This document shows, piece by piece, positions 37,472 through 41,312 of a stretch of DNA of 41,312 nt. The translations under genes were made by a program, and so were the position numbers. This DNA comes from Clostridia bacterium. Lineage in GTDB: Bacteria > Bacillota > Clostridia > UMGS1840. The notes under the pieces were generated by a model. That model did not search any database. It saw only the letters and a list, made by a program, of their open reading frames with translations, and had not been told where the DNA came from. The stretch spans positions 1 to 41,312 of the forward strand of contig JAFYVF010000035.1 in assembly GCA_017549265.1 (NCBI GenBank). Direction: 5' to 3'. Position 1 is the first letter of the stretch. Each line of letters opens with the position of its first letter.

Positions 37472-37627
37472 TTATGTTTTAGGTTCTTTGTTCTGCTCAG
37501 ATTCTTCCTCTTTTAACAGAAGATAGGCATCAATTCTGCCGGTTTCTAAAAATAAATTCCAGAAAAAATTTTCGTTGTTTTCAATCGCTTGGATACTTCT
37601 GTTTCGTTCCCCTTTTTTAGAAAGCAT
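37472..37627 (-). CDS. yqzL: YqzL-family small protein
   Basis: Not in the ORF track because it is 51 aa. My own translation is MLSKKGERNRSIQAIENNENFFWNLFLETGRIDAYLLLKEEESEQNKEPKT. The F.W..F..TG.IDAYLL.KE core matches my recollection of B. subtilis YqzL. RBS AAAGGAGA. Confidence 0.7.
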   Translation of the reverse strand: MLSKKGERNRSIQAIENNENFFWNLFLETGRIDAYLLLKEEESEQNKEPKT

Positions 37628-37737
37628 ATCTTCCGTCTCCTTTTGTGATTTTGTTAATAATATTCTTTCCGTATGACCATCTTTTTATAACAAAACGAAC
37701 GATTTGGCATATCTTGTAAATGAAAGGGGGCGACACT

Positions 37738-37797
37738 ATGAAAGGCGATACCTCATTGTTATTCTTTATTTTAGTTTTTTTATTATTGTTCTATTAA
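37738..37797 (+). CDS. Candidate 19-aa hydrophobic micro-ORF
   Basis: GGGGG lies 7 nt upstream of the ATG. Translation is MKGDTSLLFFILVFLLLFY, a single hydrophobic stretch. The only support is the RBS and its position at the head of the small-ORF cluster. Confidence 0.2.
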   Translation: MKGDTSLLFFILVFLLLFY

Positions 37798-37901
37798 AAA
37801 CATATTGAGAAAGAGCGCGGCATATACTGTAGCAAGACACGTAATGAAGAAAAAATCAGTTTATGCCGCCCTCTTTGTTCATAAAAAAGGAGGGAACCCG
37901 A

Positions 37902-38141
37902 GTGGCGGGATGGGAAGAACTTTTTCGTGGAATGGATCAGACAAAAGTAAAATCGGCAATGGAGAGAGCAAAGGCATTGTCGGAGAATCCAACGGTTCAG
38001 CAGGCTTTTGCCCGTATGGACCAGCAGGAGATTATTGGTGCAATCCGTTCCCTATCCAATCAGGATAAAAATCGGCTGTTAAAAATCTTATTTCAATCAA
38101 AAAATAAAGATTTTCTTCAGATGATTGAGCAGCTGAAATAA
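37902..38141 (+). CDS. Hypothetical small helical protein (79 aa)
   Basis: GTG start 6-7 nt after the strong SD AAGGAGGG. The composition is helical (MAGWEELFRGMDQTKVKSAMERAKALSENPTVQQAF...). The tracked ATG at 37863 lacks an RBS. No family recognised. Confidence 0.5.
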   Translation: MAGWEELFRGMDQTKVKSAMERAKALSENPTVQQAFARMDQQEIIGAIRSLSNQDKNRLLKILFQSKNKDFLQMIEQLK

Positions 38142-38164
38142 AAAAGGAGATGTAAAAAAAGGAT

Positions 38165-38539
38165 ATGGCAGAATTTGATAAAAATCTTGTGATGGGAATG
38201 CTGCAGAGTTTGTTAGGAGAAGGGGAGCAGAAGAATTTATCCGCTGAGAATTCGATTCCCGATTCTTCTCAGTCTTCTGCTTCTTCGGCACAGCCTGTTT
38301 CATTACCGGTGTCTCCATCCGAAAAAGATGTGGATGATTTGATGAATACGGCAGAAATCATGAGCCGTTTTACCGATATCATGGGGAGATTCCGTCAGGC
38401 AAATAATACGAAAGAAGCAGCGCTTCTTTCGGCACTCCGACCTTATCTTCGTGCCTCCCGTCAGCCAAAAGTGGATACGATGCTTCGGGCATTGCAGGCA
38501 TACCGTGTTTTTTCTGAAATGAAAAAAAGCAATTCATAA
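38165..38539 (+). CDS. Hypothetical protein (124 aa), Ser/Pro-rich linker plus conserved-looking basic C-terminal helices
   Basis: RBS AAAAGGAGA upstream. The C-terminal LLSALRPYLRASRQPKVDTMLRALQAY looks like a conserved module. No family assignment possible by eye. Confidence 0.5.
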   Translation: MAEFDKNLVMGMLQSLLGEGEQKNLSAENSIPDSSQSSASSAQPVSLPVSPSEKDVDDLMNTAEIMSRFTDIMGRFRQANNTKEAALLSALRPYLRASRQPKVDTMLRALQAYRVFSEMKKSNS

Positions 38540-38566
38540 AGATACATAGGGATAGGAGCGAAAAAG

Positions 38567-38872
38567 ATGTATCAATCGATTCCCAAACGGGTGTATACCA
38601 CCAAAGAAAGCGCCATGCCAAAGATGGCGGTTCCGCCTTCATTTTTTGCCGAAAAAAACGAATGTCATGCATCATCAGACATCTTACAAATGTGTCATAG
38701 CCAAGATATAACATCGAAACCAAATACGTCAAATATAGTAAAAAAATCATCAATACTAAAAAATATGGAAATGGACGATTTGCTTTTAATCGGTCTGTTG
38801 CTTCTTTTCATTTCGGAAGACTCAGACCAGCAACTTCTGACTGCGGTTATAGCATTTTTGTTGTTTTCATAA
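38567..38872 (+). CDS. Hypothetical protein (101 aa) with a C-terminal hydrophobic/acidic DDLLLIGLLLLF...SDQQLLTAVIAFLLF segment
   Basis: RBS GGGATAGGAG upstream. Same strand and tight spacing with the two preceding ORFs. Confidence 0.45.
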   Translation: MYQSIPKRVYTTKESAMPKMAVPPSFFAEKNECHASSDILQMCHSQDITSKPNTSNIVKKSSILKNMEMDDLLLIGLLLLFISEDSDQQLLTAVIAFLLFS

Positions 38873-38980
38873 GTTTTTTTCATAAGAAAGTATATTTTCA
38901 TTTGAAAAAGCCAATAGTAAAAGTGAAAAGAATGTTCTTTTCGAAAACGAAATTATCAAAAAACAAGGAGGCATTTTCTT

Positions 38981-39142
38981 ATGAATCAGGCAAATCATGC
39001 GATCAAATGCACCGTACAGCAGTGTAAACATCATTGCAATTCCGAAAACTACTGTTCTTTGGATTGCGTTACCATCGGTACTCACGAAATGAACCCTGCC
39101 ATGGACCAGTGTACTGACTGCAAATCTTTTGCAAAGAAATAA
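38981..39142 (+). CDS. DUF1540-domain small Cys-rich protein
   Basis: Not in the ORF track because it is 53 aa. My own translation is MNQANHAIKCTVQQCKHHCNSENYCSLDCVTIGTHEMNPAMDQCTDCKSFAKK. The pattern I.C.V..C...C.L..v.iG...T.C.SF is as recalled for DUF1540. RBS AAGGAGG. Confidence 0.7.
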   Translation: MNQANHAIKCTVQQCKHHCNSENYCSLDCVTIGTHEMNPAMDQCTDCKSFAKK

Positions 39143-39205
39143 GCTTTTTAGCGAACAAAAACACCATTCATACTTTTTTCATCCTTTTTTTACTACCACA
39201 TTTGG

Positions 39206-39247
39206 AAAAAGAACGGTTTTTTATAAAAAACTGTTCTTTTTTCTTTT
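39206..39247 (+). terminator. Rho-independent terminator after the DUF1540 gene
   Basis: A stem of about 17 bp, AAAAAGAACGGTTTTTT/AAAAAACTGTTCTTTTT (one G-U pair), with a short loop and a trailing T-run. Confidence 0.6.
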
Positions 39248-39327
39248 TGATGACATTATGAAATTTCCTCTATACAAATGCAAAAATGTATGGTATACTG
39301 AATGTACGAAAAAGGAGGATCAAAACT

Positions 39328-40074
39328 ATGAAACTCATTTCCTGGAACGTAAACGGACTTCGTGCGTGCCTAACCAAAGGTTTTTTAGATTTCTTTTCTT
39401 CGGAAAATGCAGATATTTTTTGTATTCAGGAAACCAAAATGCAGGAAGGACAAGCAGAACTTAGTTTAGAAGGATACCATCAGTATTGGCACAGTGCCGA
39501 AAAAAAAGGATATAGCGGAACGGCTGTGTTTACCAAAGAAAAACCCTTAAGTGTTGCCTATGGGATTGGAGATAAACACAACGATGAGGGTAGAGTAATT
39601 ACCTTGGAATTTGATGATTTTTACCTGGTGAATTGTTATACCCCAAATGCTCAGCAGGAATTAAAACGTTTGGACTATCGTATGGAATTTGAAGACGATT
39701 TTCGTGCATACTTAAATAGTTTACCAAAACCTGTTATCTTATGCGGGGACTTAAATGTTGCTCACCAGGAAATTGACTTAAAAAATCCCAAAACCAACCG
39801 TCAGAATGCAGGCTTTTCCGATGAAGAACGTGGCAAAATGACCGAGCTTTTGGCATCAGGTTTTTCGGATACTTTCCGTACCCTATATCCCGATACAACC
39901 GATGCATACACATGGTGGTCTTATCGGTTTTCGGCAAGAGCAAAAAATGTGGGATGGCGGATTGACTATTTTATTGTGTCATCCTCTGTGATGAACGAGG
40001 TTTCAGATAGCGTGATTTACCCGGATGTGTTTGGCAGTGACCATTGTCCGATCGGATTAACCATAAATTTGTGA
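39328..40074 (+). CDS. xth: Exodeoxyribonuclease III
   Basis: MKLISWNVNGLRA, FCIQETK, GDLNVAH and SDHCP are Xth/ExoA signatures. The ATG at 39328 follows AAGGAGGA. The tracked start at 39286 lies in the promoter region. Confidence 0.92.
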   Translation: MKLISWNVNGLRACLTKGFLDFFSSENADIFCIQETKMQEGQAELSLEGYHQYWHSAEKKGYSGTAVFTKEKPLSVAYGIGDKHNDEGRVITLEFDDFYLVNCYTPNAQQELKRLDYRMEFEDDFRAYLNSLPKPVILCGDLNVAHQEIDLKNPKTNRQNAGFSDEERGKMTELLASGFSDTFRTLYPDTTDAYTWWSYRFSARAKNVGWRIDYFIVSSSVMNEVSDSVIYPDVFGSDHCPIGLTINL

Positions 40075-40101
40075 GAAAAATAAAAAAAATCAAAAAAACT
40101 A

Positions 40102-40130
40102 TTGAAATTTTAAAAAAAGTGTAGTAAGAT
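40102..40130 (+). promoter_or_regulatory. Candidate sigma-A promoter for ferredoxin
   Basis: TTGAAA, 17 nt, TAAGAT, preceded by AAAAAACTA. Confidence 0.4.
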
Positions 40131-40161
40131 ATAACCAACAATATGAGGAGGTGTTTTCCCA

Positions 40162-40332
40162 ATGGCTTTTAAAATTACTGACGAATGCATCAGCTGTGGT
40201 GCATGTGAAGCGGAATGCCCGGTAAGCTGTATTACCGCAGGTGACAGCAAATATGAAATTGATGCAGATGCTTGTATCGATTGCGGTACTTGCGCAGGCG
40301 TTTGCCCCGTAGGTGCTCCTGTTGAAGGCTAA
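40162..40332 (+). CDS. fdx: Clostridial-type 2x[4Fe-4S] ferredoxin
   Basis: Not in the ORF track because it is 56 aa. My own translation is MAFKITDECISCGACEAECPVSCITAGDSKYEIDADACIDCGTCAGVCPVGAPVEG, with two CxxCxxCxxxCP motifs. RBS GAGGAGG. Confidence 0.9.
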   Translation: MAFKITDECISCGACEAECPVSCITAGDSKYEIDADACIDCGTCAGVCPVGAPVEG

Positions 40333-40342
40333 TCCCAAACAT

Positions 40343-40377
40343 AAAAAACCGTAAGAGTTTTGCTCTTACGGTTTTTT
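40343..40377. terminator. Bidirectional rho-independent terminator
   Basis: A6 run, stem CCGTAAGAG/CTCTTACGG with a 5-nt loop, then a T6 run. It lies between the convergent ferredoxin gene and the 153-aa minus-strand gene. Confidence 0.75.
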
Positions 40378-40410
40378 GTTTTTATAGGAATTTTTTAAAA
40401 TCAGTTCTGA

Positions 40411-40872
40411 TTAAAGCATGTTATGCTTTTTCAGATACTTATATTTTTTTTCACTGAAATAAGGGTACTTCTTTTTAAAGATACAAAACACAGCAAGTGT
40501 GCTAACGAGACCAATCGCACCGCCAACTACCAGTGTTCCGAATTTTGCTAAGCTCATATTCTGATATTTTTCACGTGCAGCTGCAACTTCAGGAACTTCA
40601 TATGAATTTGGCCCGATATACATTTCACCGTTTATTTCTGCGAGTTGTTCCTTGAATTGGTTATCCAGCTCAATGGTGGTTACCTTGTAATCGTAGATTG
40701 CTTTTGCCTTTTGTTCCTCCTTGGAAAAATATCCGAATCCTGCTATCATTATTATCACAAATATGATACATATACAAGTCGTACAACAGAAGTATTTTTT
40801 ATAAATTGTTTTCATATTGCTTTTTTGTTCCGGGGTTAATTCGGCGATTTGTTCTTCTAATGTTTTTTTCAT
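40411..40872 (-). CDS. Hypothetical two-TM membrane protein
   Basis: 153-aa ORF with RBS AAGGAAG upstream. Two hydrophobic helices flank a soluble loop of about 70 aa. No family recognised. Confidence 0.45.
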   Translation of the reverse strand: MKKTLEEQIAELTPEQKSNMKTIYKKYFCCTTCICIIFVIIMIAGFGYFSKEEQKAKAIYDYKVTTIELDNQFKEQLAEINGEMYIGPNSYEVPEVAAAREKYQNMSLAKFGTLVVGGAIGLVSTLAVFCIFKKKYPYFSEKKYKYLKKHNML

Positions 40873-40984
40873 GTTTGAAACTTCCTTTCTTGATGGATTA
40901 TTTGTGATATGAACTTGAAAGAAAAATATATGATATGTGCATTATATAAGATTTCTTTGGAAAATCAATCTGTTTTTTTATCAT

Positions 40985-41312
40985 TTATTGTTCTAAAGTC
41001 ATTTGCTCGTAGGGGAGAATGTCAAATCCAAAACTACGGTACAGCTTTTTTGCACCTTCGTTTTCTTCGGTTACCTCCAGACGGAATCGCTTTGTGGTTT
41101 CTTTGTATTCCTTGATAATCCAACCAAGTGCCTGCTTTCCAAGTCCCGAATTCCGATATGCTTCTTTCACATAAAGCTCTTCAATCCAGACTACCATTCC
41201 GCCCACCTCGTTGGAATAGGTGAAAGATAACAACACATATCCCAATGTGCTTTCGCCATCCGCCATCACAAGTCCCCGAAGATAAGGAGAACCTTTTACG
41301 GCAAGGTCAAAG
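40985..41312 (-). CDS. GNAT family N-acetyltransferase, N-terminus beyond the window end
   Basis: The frame stays open to the window edge. The acetyl-CoA binding region EELYVKEAYRNSGLGKQAL (Q/RxxGxG/A type) and the C-terminal KLYRSFGF are GNAT hallmarks. Confidence 0.8.
   Translation of the reverse strand, partial: FDLAVKGSPYLRGLVMADGESTLGYVLLSFTYSNEVGGMVVWIEELYVKEAYRNSGLGKQALGWIIKEYKETTKRFRLEVTEENEGAKKLYRSFGFDILPYEQMTLEQ

Noticed and set aside
37805-38068. 87-aa ORF in an alternative frame overlapping the 79-aa ORF.
   Set aside because: It has no RBS and an implausible Gly/Ser/Lys-rich composition. The other frame has a strong AAGGAGGG SD and helical composition.
39129-39464. 111-aa ORF spanning the DUF1540 terminator, the xth promoter and the 5' end of xth.
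   Set aside because: It runs through a terminator hairpin and is out of frame with the well-supported xth. It has a Phe/Lys-rich low-complexity translation.
1-41312. Scan for CRISPR repeats, tRNA/rRNA genes, IS elements or transposases, integrases, toxin-antitoxin pairs and known defence-system genes.
   Set aside because: I saw no regularly spaced direct repeats, no tRNA-like T-arm sequences in the intergenic gaps, and no ORFs with transposase, integrase or defence-associated motifs. The portal-like ORF is the only mobile-element-related signal.

Overview
This is a roughly 40% GC window (by eye) from an endospore-forming Firmicute, probably class Clostridia. That placement rests on a complete spoIIIAA-AH operon, a SCIFF peptide, a clostridial 2x[4Fe-4S] ferredoxin, and DUF1540, YqzL and YaaL-type small proteins. 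Most of the window is conserved housekeeping synteny.

Plus strand, left part: tsaD (3' end), an inactive/active M16 peptidase pair, lgt, dprA-topA-trmFO, a large B12-binding/radical-SAM protein, an alanine-racemase-family protein, rmuC, pncB and an mgtC-family gene.

Minus strand: a block that ends at a bidirectional terminator. It runs spoIIIAA->AH, then a Lys/Glu-rich 83-aa ORF, a 622-aa phage-portal-like ORF and a YaaL/DUF2508-like ORF.

Plus strand again: maf, an AraC regulator, an amino-acid ABC transporter, asp23-yloV-recG, a 690-aa ORF fusing a polytopic membrane domain to a full-length Bacillus-type CysE, cysS, yajC, a YrzE-like membrane protein, the SCIFF precursor scfA, 5-formyl-THF cyclo-ligase, a PRTase, an AT-rich stretch with a zinc-ribbon/TM2 protein, yqzL (minus), three small unknown ORFs, a DUF1540 protein, xth and ferredoxin. 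The window ends with a minus-strand membrane protein and a GNAT fragment.

I recognised no rRNA, tRNA, CRISPR array, transposase or integrase.

The findings most worth follow-up are:
1. An orphan portal-like gene set directly behind spoIIIAH, with no other phage genes in the window.
2. The in-frame membrane-domain::CysE fusion immediately upstream of cysS.
3. A SCIFF precursor with no adjacent radical-SAM maturase.
4. A cluster of small uncharacterised ORFs next to sporulation-associated small genes.

All family assignments come from motif recognition by eye. No database search was run.
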